This document shows positions 15,401-28,400 of a DNA stretch of 64,000 bases, piece after piece. The DNA is taken from the NCBI RefSeq assembly GCF_009914755.1, contig NC_060933.1. The stretch is one strand, 5' to 3'. The position numbers and the translations under genes are program-made. The notes under the pieces were generated by a model, which worked only from the letters and a program-made list of their open reading frames with translations, did not search any database and had not been told where the DNA came from. The DNA is from the human T2T-CHM13v2.0 reference genome, Homo sapiens. Numbering within the stretch: the first letter of the stretch is position 1; each line of letters begins with the position of its first letter.

Positions 15401-16290
15401 GGAATGGAATGGAATGGAATGGAATGGAAAGAACCCGACAGCAGGGGAATGGAATGGAATGGAATGGAAACAACCTGACTGCAGGGGAATGGAATGGAAT
15501 GGAATGCAAAGGAATGGATTCAACTTGAATGAAATGGAAAGAATGGAATCAACACGAGTGGAAATGCATGGATTGGAATGGAATGGAATGGAATCAACCC
15601 GAGTACAGAGGAATGGAATGGAATGGAATGCAATGGAATGGAATCATCCGTAATGGAATGGAAAGGAATGGAATGGAATGGAATGGAATGGAATCAACTC
15701 GATTGCAATCGAACGGAATGGAATGGAATTAACCCGAATAGAATAGAATGGAATGGAATGGAACGGAACGGAACGGAATGGAATGGATTGGAATGGAATG
15801 AAATGGAATGGAATGGAACGGAAAGGAATGGAATGGAATGGAATGGAATGGAATCAACGCGAGTGCAGGGGAATGGAATGGAATGGAATGCAATGGAATG
15901 GAATCTTCCGGAATGGAATGGAATGGAATGGAATGGAATGGAATAAACCCGAGTGCAATGGAATGGAGTGGAATGGAATGGAATGGAATGGAACAACACG
16001 AATGGAATGTAATGTAATGGAGAGTAAGGGAGTTGAATAGAATCAATCCGAATGTAATGGAATGGAATGGAACGGAATGGAATGGAATGGAATGGAATGG
16101 AATGGAATGGAATGGAATCAACCCGAGTTCAATGGAATGGAGAGGAATGGAATGGAATGGAATGGAAACTACAGGAATGGAATGGAATGTAATGGAGTCT
16201 AAGGGAATTGAATAGAATCAATCCGAATGTAATGGAATGGAATGGAACAGAATGGAATGGAATGGAATGGAATGGAATGCAGTGGAATGG

Positions 16291-16440
16291 AATCAACCCG
16301 AGTGCAATCGAATGGAATCGAATGGAATGGAATGCAATGGAATGGATTCAACTTGAATGGAATGGAAAGAATGGAATCAACACGAGTGGAATGGCATGGA
16401 TGGGAATGTAATGGAACGGAATCAACCCGAGTACAGCGGA
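16291..16440 (+). repeat. Representative copy of the ~150 bp recurrent module (pHuR98-like, chr9-type satellite III)
   Basis: AATCAACCCGAGTGCAATCGAATGGAATCG...GGATTCAACTTGAATGGAATGGAAAGAATGGAATCAACACGAGTGGAATGGCATGG...CAACCCGAGTACAG. It recurs more than 20 times (e.g. ~1260, 3500, 6546, 11548, 17460, 21930, 22785, 27548, 32835, 35385, 46065, 49738). The match to pHuR98 is from memory. Confidence 0.65.
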
Positions 16441-16553
16441 ATGGAATGGAATGGAATGCAATGGAATGGAATCATCCGTAATGGAATGGAAAGGAATGGA
16501 ATGGAATGGAATGGAATGGAATGGAATGGAATGGAATCAACTCGATTGCAATC

Positions 16554-19500
16554 GAATGGAATGGAGTGGAATTAACCCGAATAGAATGGAATGGAATGGA
16601 ACGGAACGGAACGGAATGGAATGGAATGGAATGGAATGGAATGGAACGGAAAGGAAGGGAATGGAATGGAATAGAATGGAATGGAATGGAATCAACGCGA
16701 GTGCAGGGGAATGGAATGGAATGGAATGGAATGGAATGGAATGGAATGGAATGGAATGGAATGGAATCAACCCGAGTGCAATGGAATGGAGTGGAATGGA
16801 ATGGAATGGAATGGAACAACCCGAAAGGAATGGAATGTAATGGAGAGTAAGGGAGTTGAATAGAATCAATCCGAATGTAATGGAATGGAACGGAATGGAA
16901 TGGAATGGAATGGAATGGAATGGAATGGAATGCAATGGAATGGAATCAACCCGAGTACAATGGAACGGAATGGAATGGAATGTAATGGAATGGAATGGAA
17001 TGGAATGGAATGGAATGGAAAGGAATGGAATCAACCCGAGTGCAATGGAATGGAGAGGAATGGAATGGAATGGAATGGAAACTACCCGAATGGAATGGAA
17101 TGTAATGGAGCGTAAGGGAATTGAATAGAATCAATCCGAATGGAATGGAATGGAATGGAACGGAATGTAATGGAATGGAATGAAATGGAATCAACCCGAG
17201 TGCAGGCGAATGGAATGAAATGGAATGCAATGTAATGGAATCATCCGGAATGGAATGGAATGGAATGCAATGGAATGGAATGGAATGGAATCAACCCGAG
17301 TGCAATGGAATGGAGTGAAATGGAATGGAATGGAATGGAAACAACCAGAATGGATTGGAATATATTGGAGTGTAAGGGAATTGAATAGAATCAATCTGAA
17401 TGTAATGAAATGGAATGGAACGGAATGGAATGGAATGGAATGCAATGCAATGGAACGGTATCAACCCGAGTGCAATCGAATGGAATCGAATGGAATGGAA
17501 TGCAATGGAATGGATTCAACTTGAATGGAAAGGAAAGAATGGAATCAACACGAGTGGAATGGCATGGATTGGAATGGAATGGAATGGAATCAACCCGAGT
17601 ACAGGGGAATGGAATGGAATGGAATGCAATAGAATGGAATCATCAGTAATGGAATGGAAAGGAATGGAAAGGACTGGAATGGAATGGAATGTAATGGAAT
17701 GGAATGGAATCAACTCGATTGCAATCGAATGGTATGGAATGGAATGGAATCAACTCGATTGCAATCGAATGGAATGGAATGGAATTAACCCGAATAGAAT
17801 GGAATGGAATGGTATGGAACGGAACGGAATGGAATGGAATGCAATGGAACGGAAAGGAATGGAATGGAATGGAATGGAATGGAATGGAATGGAATGGAAT
17901 CAACGCGCGTGCAGGGGAATGGAATGGAATCGAATGGAATGGAAAGGAATGGAATGGAATCAACCCGAGTGCAGGGGAATGTAATGGAACGGAATGCAAT
18001 GGAATGGAATCATCCGGAATGGAATGGAATGGAATCAACCCGAGTGCAATGGAATGGAGTGGAATGGAATGGAATGGAATGGAACAACCCGAATGGAATG
18101 GAATGTAATGGAGAGTAAGGGAGTTGAAAAGAATCAATCCGAATGTAATGGAATGGAATGGAACGGAATGGAATGGAATGGAATGGAATGCAATGGAATG
18201 GAATCAACCCGAGTACAATGGAATGGAATGGAATGGAATGGAATGGAATGGAATGGAATGGAATGCAATGGAATGGAATCTTCCGGAATGGAATGGAATG
18301 GAATGGAATGGAATGCAATGGATTCAACTCGATAGCAATGGAATGGAATAGAATGGAATGGAATGGAATGGAATGGAATGGAATTAAACCGAATAGAATG
18401 GAATGGAATGGAATGGAACGGAACAGAACGGAAAGGAACGGAACGGAGTGGAATGGAATGGAATGGAATTGTATGGAATGGAATGGAATGGTACGGAATA
18501 GAATGGAATGGAAAGAATTGGAATGGAATGGAATCGAATGGAATGGAATGGAATGGAATGGAATGAACCCGAGTGCAAGGGAATGTAATGGAACGGAATG
18601 CAATGGAATGGAATCATCCGGAATGGAATGGAACGGAATGGAATGGAATGGAATGGAATGGAATGGAATGGAATCAACCCGAGCGCAATGGAATGGAGTG
18701 GAATGGAATGGAATGGAATGGAACAACCCGAATGGAATGGAATGGAATGGAGAGTAAGCGAGTTGAATAGAATAAATCCGAATGTAATGGAATGGAACGG
18801 AATGGAATGGAATGGAATGGAATGGAATGGAATGGAATGCAATGGAATGGAATCAACCCGAGTACAAAGGAACGGAATGGAATGAAATGTAATGGAATGG
18901 AATGGAATGGAATGGAATGGAATGGAATCAACCCGAGTGCAATGGAATGGAGAGGAATGGAATGGAATGGAATGCAATGGAATGGAATCATCCGGAATGG
19001 AATGGAATGCAATGGAATGCAAACCAATGGAATCAACTCGATTACAATGGAATGGAATGGAATGGAAAGGAATACATTGGAATCAACCCGAGTGGAATGG
19101 AATGGAAAGGACTGGAATGGAGTGGAATGGAATGGAATGGAATGGAATGGAATCAACTCGATTGCAATGCAATGGAATGGAATGGAATGGAATGGAATGG
19201 AATGGAATCAACCCGAGTTCAATGGAATGGAGAGGAATGGAATGGAATGGTATGGAAACTACCCGAATGGAATGGAATGTAATGGAGTCTAAGGGAATTG
19301 AATAGAATCAATCCGAATGTAATGGAATGGAATGGAACGGACTGGAATGGAATGGAATGGAATGGAATGCAGTGGAATGGAATCAACCCGACTGCAATCG
19401 AATGGAATCGAATGGAATGGAATGCAATGGAATGGATTCAACTTGAATGGAATGGAAAGAATGGAATCAACACGAGTGGAATGGCATGGATTGGAATGTA

Positions 19501-22500
19501 ATGGAATGGAATCAACCCGAGTACAGCGGAATGGAATGGAATGGAATGCAATGGAATGGAATCATCCATAATGGAATGGAAAGGAATGGAATGGAATGGA
19601 ATGGAATGGAATGGAATGGAATCAACTCGATTGCAATCGAATGGAATGGAGTGCAATTAACCCGAATAGAATGGAATGGAATGGAATGGAACGGAACGGA
19701 ACGGAATGGAATGGAATGGAATGGAATGGAACGGAAAGGAAGGGAATGGAATGGAATAGAATGGAATGGAATGCAATCAACGCGAGTGCAGGGGAATGGA
19801 ATGGAATGGAATGCAATGGAATGGAATCTTCCGGAATGGAATGGAATGGAATGGAATGGAATTGAATGGAATCAACCCGATTGCAATGGAATGGAGTGGA
19901 ATGGAATGGAATGGAATGGAACAACCCGAATGGAATGGAATGTAATGGAGAGTAAGGGAGTTGAATAGAATCAATCCGAATGTAATGGAATGGAATGGAA
20001 CGGAATGGAATTGAATGGAATGGAATGGAATGCAATGGAATGGAATCAACCCGAGTGCAATGGAATGGAGAGGAATGGAATGGAATGCAATGGAAACTAC
20101 GCGAATGGAATGTAATGGAGTGTAAGGGAGTTGAATAGAATCAATCCGAATGTAATGGAATGGAATGGAACGGAATGGAATGGAATGGAATGGAATGGAA
20201 TGGAATGGAATGCAATGGAATGGAATCAACCTGAGTGCAATCAAATGGAATCGAATGGAATGGAATGCAATGGAATGGATTCAACTTGAATGGAATGGAA
20301 AGAATGGAATCAACACGAGTGGAATGGCATGGATTGGAATGGAATGGAATGGAATCAACCCGAGTACATGGGAATGGAATGGAATGGAATGCAATGGAAT
20401 GGAATAAACCGTAATGGAATGGAAAGGAATGGAATGGAATGGAATGGAATGGAATGGAATGGAATGGAATCAACTCGATTGCAATCGAATGGAATGGAAT
20501 GGAATTAACCCGAATAGAATGGAATGGAATGGAATGGAACGGAACGGAATGGAATGGAATGGAATGGAATGGAATGCAACGGAACGGAATGGAATGGAAT
20601 GGAATGGAATGGAATCCACGCGAGTGCAGGGGAATGTAATGGAATGGAATGCAATGGAATGGAATCTTCCGGAATGGAATGGAATGGAATGGAATGAAAA
20701 GTAATGGATTCAACTCGATTGCAATGGAATGGAATAGAATGGAATGGAATAGAATGGAATTAATCCGAATAGAATGGAATGGAATGCAATGGAACGGAAT
20801 GGAACGGAATGGAATGGAATGGAATAGAATGGAATTGTATGGAATGGAATGGAATGGTACGGAATAGAATGGAATGGAACGAATTGTAATGGAATGGAAT
20901 TGAATGGAATGGTATGGAATGGAATGGAATGGAATCAACGCGAGTGCAGGGGAATGTAATGGAAAGGAATGCAATGGAATGGAATCATCCGGAATGGATT
21001 GGAATGGAATGGAATGGAATGGAATCAACCCGAGTGCAATGGAATGGAATGGAATGGAATGGAACAACCAGAATGGAATGGAATGTAATGGAGAGTAAGG
21101 GAGTTGAATAGAATCAATCCGAAAGTAATGGAATGGAATGCAACGGAATGGAATGGAATGGAATGGAATGGAATGCAATGGAATTGAATCAACACGAGTA
21201 CAATGGAATGGAATGGAATGGAATGGAATGGAATGGAATGATACGGAATAGAATGGAATGGAACGAAATGGAATCGAATGGAATGGAATGGAATGGAATG
21301 GAATGGAATGGAATCAACCCGAGTGCAGGGGAATGGAATGGAATGGAATGCAATGGAATGGAATCATCCGGAATGGAATGGAATGGAATGGAATGCAAAG
21401 CAATGGAATCAACTCGATTGCAATGGAATGGAATGGAATGGAAAGGAATACATTGGAATCAACCCGAGTGGAATGGAATGGAAAGGACTGGAATGGAGTG
21501 GAATGGAATGGAATGGAATGGAATGGAATCAACTCGATTGGAATGGAATGGAATGGAATGGAATGGAATTAACCCGAATAGAATGGAATGGAATGGAATG
21601 GAACGGAACGGAATGCAATGGAATGGAATGGAATGGAATGGAATGGAATGGAATGGAATCAACCCGACTGCAGGGGAATGGAATGGAATGGAAGGCAATG
21701 GAATGGAATCATCCGGAATGGAATGGAATGGAATGCAATGGAATGGAATGGAATGGAATCAACCCGAGTGCAATGGAATGGAGTGAAATGGAATGGAATG
21801 GAATGGACACAACCAGAATGGATTGGAATATAATGGAGTGTAAGGGAATTGAATAGAATCAATCTGAATGTAATGAAATGGAATGGAACGGAATGGAATG
21901 GAATGGAATGGAATGGAATGCAATGGAATGGAATCAACCCGAGTGCAATCGAATGGAATCGAATGGAATGGAATGCAATGGAATGGATTCAAATTGAATG
22001 GAATGGAAAGAATGGAATCAACACGAGTGGAATGGCATGGATTGGAATGGAATGGAATGGAATCAACCCGAGTATAGGGGAATGGAATGGAATGGAATGC
22101 AATGGAATGGAATCATCCGTAATGGAATGGAAAGGAATGGAATGGAATGGAAAGGAATGGAATGGAATCAACTCGATTGCAATCGAAAGGAATGGAATGG
22201 AATTAACCCGAATAGAATGGAATGGAATGGAATGGAACGGAACGGAATGGAATGGAATGGAATGGAATGGAATGGAGTGGAAGGGAAAGGAAGGGAAAGG
22301 AATGGAATAGAATGGAATGGAATGGAATCAACGCGAGTGCATGGGAATGGAATGGAATGGAATGCAATGGAATGGAATCTTCCGGAATGGAATGGAATGG
22401 AATGGAATGGAATGGAATGGAATGGAATGGAATCAACCAGAGTGCAATGGAATGGAGTGGAATGGAATGGAATGGAATGGAACAACCCGAATGGAATGGA

Positions 22501-25479
22501 ATGTAATGCAGAGTAAGGGAGTTGAATAGAATCAATCTGAATGTAATGGAATGGAATGCAACGGAATGGAATTGAATGGAATGGAATGGAATGCAATGGA
22601 ATGGAATCAACCCGAGTGCAATGGAATGGAGAGGAATGGAATGGAATGGAATGGAAAGTACCCGAATGGAATGGAATGTAATGGAGTGTAAGGGAATTGA
22701 ATAGAATCAATCCGAATGTTTGGAATGAAATGGGAACGGAATGGAATGGAATGGAATGGAATGCAATGGAATGCAATGGAATGGAATCAACCCGAGTGCA
22801 ATCGAATGGAATCGAATGGAATGGAATGCAATGGAATGGATTCAAATTGAATGGAATGGAAAGAATGGAATCAACACGAGTGGAATGGCATGGATTGGAA
22901 TGGAATGGAATGGAATCAACCCGAGTACAGGGGAATGGAATGGAATGGAATGCAATGGAATGGAATCATCCGTAATGGAATGGAAAGGAATGGAATGGAA
23001 TGGAATGGAATGGAATCAACTCGATTGCAATCGAATGGAATGGAATGCAATTAACCCGAATAGACTGGAATGGAATGGAATGGAACGGAACGGAATGGAA
23101 TGGAATGGAATGGAATGGAATGGAACGGAAAGGAAGGGAATGGAATGGAATAGAATGGAATGGAATGGAATCAACGCGAGTGCAGGGGAATGGAATGGAA
23201 TGGAATGCAATGGAATGGAATCTTCCGGAATGGAATGGAATGGAATGGAATGGAATGGAATTGAATGGAATCAACCCGAGTGCAATGGAATGGAGTGGAA
23301 TGGAATGGAATGGAACAACCCGAATGGAATGGAATGTAATGGAGAGTAAGGGAGTTGAATAGAATCAATTCGAATGTAATGGAATGGAATGGAACGGAAT
23401 GGAATTGAATGGAATGGAATGGAATGAAATGGAATGGAATCAACCCGAGTGCAATGGAATGGAGAGGAATGGAATGGAATGCAATGGAAACTACCCGAAT
23501 GGAATGTAATGGAGTGTAAGGGAATTGAATAGAATCAATCCGAATGTAATGGAATGGAATGGAACGGAATGGAACGGAATGGAATGGAATGGAATGGAAT
23601 GCAATAGAATGGAATCAACCCGAGTGCAATCAAATGGAATCGAATGGAATGGAATGCAATGGAATGGATTCAACTTGAATGGAATGGAAAGAATGGAATC
23701 AACAGGAGTGGAATGGCATGGATTGGAATGGAATGGAATGGAATCAACCCGAGTACAGGGGAATGGAATGGAATGGAATGCAATGGAATGGAATCAACCG
23801 TAATGGAATTGAAAGGAATGGAATGGAATGGAATGGAATGGAATGGAATGGAATGGAATGGAATCAACTCGATTGCAATCGAATGGAATGGAATGGAATT
23901 AACCCGAATAGAATGGAATGGAATGGAATGGAACGGAACGGAATGGAATGGAATGGAATGGAATGGAATGGAACGTAACGGAATGGAATGGAATGGAATG
24001 GAATGGAATCAACGCGAGTGCAGGGGAATGGAATGGAATGGAATGCAATGGAATGGAATCTTCCGGAATGGAATGAAATGGAATGGAATGGAATGAAATG
24101 CAATGGATTCAACTCGATTGCAATGGAATGGAATAGAATGGAATGGAATGGAATGGAATGGAATTAATCCGAATAGAATGGAATGGAATGCAATGGAACG
24201 GAATGGAATGGAATGGAATGGAATGGAATTGTATGGAATGGAATGGAATGGTACGGAATAGAATGGAATGGAACGAATTGTAATGCAATGGAATGGAATG
24301 GAATGGAATGGAATCAACGCGAGTCCAGGGGAATGTAATGTAAAGGAATGCAATGGAATGGAATCATCCGGAATGGAATGGAATGGAATGGAATGGAATC
24401 AACCCGAGTGCAATGGAATGGAGTGGAATGGAATGGAATGGAATGGAACAACCAGAATGGAATGGAATGTAATGGAGAGTAAGGGAGTTGAATAGAATCA
24501 ATCCGAATGTAATGGAATGGAATGCAACGGAATGGAATGGAATGGAATGGAATGGAATGCAATGGAATTGAATCAACCCGAGTACAATGGAATGGAATGG
24601 AATGGAATGGAATGGAATGGAATGGAATGGAATGGAATGATACGGAATAGAATGGAATGGAACGAAATGGAATGGAAAGGAATGGAATGGAATGGAATGG
24701 AATGGAATGGAATGGAATCAACCCGAGTGCAGGGGAATGGAATGGAATGGAATGCAATGGAATGGAATCATCCGGAATGGAATGGAATGGAATGGAATGC
24801 AAAGCAATGGAATCAACTCGATTGCAATGGAATGGAATGGAATGGAAAGGAATTCATTGGAATCAACCCGAGTGGAATGGAACGGAAAGGACTGGAATGG
24901 AGTGGAATGGAATGGAATGGAATGGAATGGAATGGAATCAACTCGATTGGAATGGAATGGAATGGAATGGAATTAACCCGAATAGAATGGAATGGAATGG
25001 AATGGAACGGAACGGAACGGAATGGAATGGAATGGAATGGAATGGAATGGAATGGAATGGAATCAACCCGACTGCAGGGGAATGGAATGGAATGGAAGGC
25101 AATGGAATGGATTCAACTTGAATGGAATGGAAAGAATGGAATCAACACGAGTGGAATGGCATGGATTGGAATGGAATGGAATGGAATCAACCCGAGTACA
25201 GGGGAATGGAATGGAATGGAATGCAATGGAATGGAATCATCCGTAATGGAATGGAAAGGAATGGAATGGAATGGAATGGAATGGAATGGAATGGAATTGA
25301 ATGGAATGGAATCAACTCGATTGCAATCGAATGGAATGGAATGGAATTAACCCGAATAGAATGGAATGGAATGGAATGGAACGGAACGGAACGGAACGGA
25401 ACGGAGTGGAATGGAATGGAATGGAATTGTATGGAATGGAATGGCATGGTACGAAATAGAATGGAATGGAAAGAATTGG
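16554..25479 (+). repeat. Copy 1 of a near-identical long duplication (start of a ~38.5 kb macro-repeat unit)
   Basis: Rare variants recur in the same order at 55060-64000: CCGAAAGG, GAGCGTAAGG, GCAGGCGAA, CAACGCGCGT, GCAAACCAAT, CTACGCGAA, GAAAAGTAAT, GTTTGGAATGAAATGGG, GAGTCCAGG, GGTACGAAAT. Identical ORF translations occur at offsets 38511-38531 (e.g. 16856/55367, 20141/58672, 24517/63038). Confidence 0.97.
19600..25110 (+). repeat. Older ~3.4 kb-offset duplication (about 19600-21710 vs 22990-25110)
   Basis: Paired rare variants at offsets ~3384-3404: TGCAATTAACC 19652/23046, GCAATCAAATGG 20237/23627, GAACAACCAGA 21062/24446, GGAATTGAATCAA 21180/24564, GGAAGGCAAT 21690/25094. Confidence 0.75.
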
Positions 25480-28400
25480 AATGGAATGACATCGAATGGA
25501 ATGGAATGGAATGGAATGGAATCAACCCGAGTGCAATGGAATGGAGTGGAATGGAATGGAATGGAATGGAACAACCCGAATGGAATGGAATGTAATGGAG
25601 AGTAAGGGAGATGAATAGAATCAATCCGAATGTAATGGAATGGAATGCAACGGAATGGAAAGGAATGGAATGGAATGGAATGGAATGCAATGGAATGGAA
25701 TCAACCCGAGTACAATGGAATGGAATGGAATGGAATGGAATGGAATGGAATAGAATGGAATGCCTTCAAATCGAATGGAATGGAAAGGAATGGAATCAAC
25801 ACGAGTGGAATGGAATGGAATGGAATGGAATGGAATGGAATGGAATGGAATGATACGGAATAGAATGGAATGCAACGAAATGGAATGGAATGGAATGGAA
25901 TGGAATGGAATGGAATGGAATGGAATCGTTCCGAGTGGAATAGGAGGGAATGTATTCGAGTGGAATGGAAAGGAATGGAATCAACCAGAGTGGAATGGAA
26001 GGGAATGGAATGGAATGGAAACTAATAGAATGGAATCAACCCGAGTGGAATGGAATGGAAAGGACTGGAATGGAAAGGAATGGAATGGAATGGAATGGAA
26101 TGGAATGGAATGGAATGGAATGGAATGGAATCAACGCGAGTGCAGGAGAATGGAATGGAATCGAATGGAATGGAATGGAATGGAATGGAATAAACCCGAG
26201 TGCAGGGGAATGTAATGGAACGGAATGCAATGGAATGGAATCATCCGGAATGGAATGGAATGGAATGGAATGGAATCAACCCGAATGGAATGGAATGTAA
26301 TGGAGAGTAAGGGAGTTGAAAAGAATCAATCCGAATGCAATGGAATGGAATGGAACGGAATGGAATGGAATGGAATGGAATGCAATGGAATGGAATCAAC
26401 CCGAGTACAATGGAATGGAATGGAATGGAATGGAATGCAATGGAATGGAATCTTCCGGAATGGAATGGAATGGAATGGAATGGAATGGAATGCAATGGAT
26501 TCAACTCGATTGCAATGGAATGGAATAGAATGGAATGGAATGGAATGGAATGGAATTAAACCGAATAGAATGGAATGGAATGGAATGGAACGGAACGGAA
26601 CGGAACGGAACGGAGTGGAATGGAATGGAATGGAATTGTATGGAATGGAATGGAATGTTACGGAATAGAATGGAATGGAAAGAATTGGAATGGAATGGAA
26701 TCGAATGCAATGGAGTGGAATGGAATGGAATCAACCCGAGTGCAGGGGAATGTAATGGAACGGAATGCAATGGAATGGAATCATCCGGAATGGAATGGAA
26801 TGGAATTGAATGGAATGGAATGGAATGGAATCAACCCGAGTGCAATGGAATGGAGTGGAATGGAATGGAATGGAATGGAACAACGCGAATGGAATGGAAT
26901 GTAATGGAGAGTTAGGGAGTTGAATAGAATCAATCCGAATGTAATGGAATGGAACGGAATGGAATGGAATGGAATGAAATGGAATGGAATGGAATGGAAT
27001 GGAATGCAATGGAATGGAATCAACCCGAGTACAATGGAACGGAATGGAATGGAATGGAATGGCATGGAATGGAATGGAATGGAATGGAATGGAATGGAAT
27101 GGAATCAACCCGAGAGCAATGGAATGGAGAGGAATGGAATGGAATGGAATGGAAACTACCCGAATGGAATGGAATGTAATGGAGTGTCAGGGAATTGAGT
27201 AGAATCAATCCGAATGGAATGGAATGGAATGGAACGGAATGTAATGGAATGGAATGGAATGGAATGGAATCAACACGAGTGCAGGGGAATGGAATGGAAA
27301 GGAATGCAATGGAATGGAATCATCCGGAATGGAATGGAATGGAATGCAATGGAATGGAATGGAATGGAATCAACCCGAGTGCAATGGAATGGAGTGAAAT
27401 GGAATGGAATGGAATGGAAACAACCAGAATGGATTGGAATATAATGGAGTGTAAGGGAATTGAATAGAATCAATCTGAATGTAATGAAATGGAAAGGAAC
27501 GGAATGGAATGGAATGGAATGGAATGGAATGGAATGCAATGGAATGGAATCAACCCGAGTGCAATCGAATGGAATCGAATGGAATGGAATGCAATGGAAT
27601 GGATTCAACTTGAATGGAATGGAAAGAATGGAATCAAAACGAGTGGAATGGCATGGATTGGAATGGAATGGAATGGAATCAACCCGAGTACAGGGGAATG
27701 GAATGGAATGGAATGCAATGGAATGGAATCATCCGTAATGGAATGGAAAGGAATGGAATGGAATGGAATGGAATGGAATGGAATGGAATGGAATCAACTC
27801 GACTGCAATCGAATGGAATGGAATGGAATTAACCCGAATAGAATGGAATGGAATGGAATGGAACGGAACGGAATGGAATGGAATGGAACGGAACGGAACG
27901 GAATGGAATGGAATGGAATGGAATGGAATGGAATAAACGCGAGTGCAGGGGAATGGAATGGAATGGAATGCAATGGAATGGAATCTTCCGGAATGGAATG
28001 GAATGGAATGGAATGGAATGAAATGCAATGGATTCAACTCGATTGCAATGGAATGGAATAGAATGGAATGGAATGGAATGGAATGGAATGGAATGGAATT
28101 AACCCGAATAGAATGGAATGGAATGGAATGGAACGGAATGGAACGGAATGGAATGGAATGGAATGGAATGGAATGGTATGGAATGGAATGGAATGGTATG
28201 GAATGGAATGGAATGGTACGGAATAGAATGGAATGGAACGAATTGTAATGGAATGGAATTGAATGGAATGGAATGGAATGGAATGGAATCAACGCGAGTG
28301 CAGGGGAATGTAATGGAACGGAATGCAACGGAATGGAATCATCCGGAATGGAATGGAATGGAATGGAATGGAATGGAATCAACCCGAGTGCAATGGAATG

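Noticed and set aside
1-16553. Extension of the 38.5 kb periodicity upstream (1-16.5 kb vs 38.5-55 kb)
   Set aside because: The segments do not match. The 1 kb sub-domain at 41-45.5 kb has no counterpart at 2.5-7 kb, so the macro-repeat begins at ~16.55 kb.
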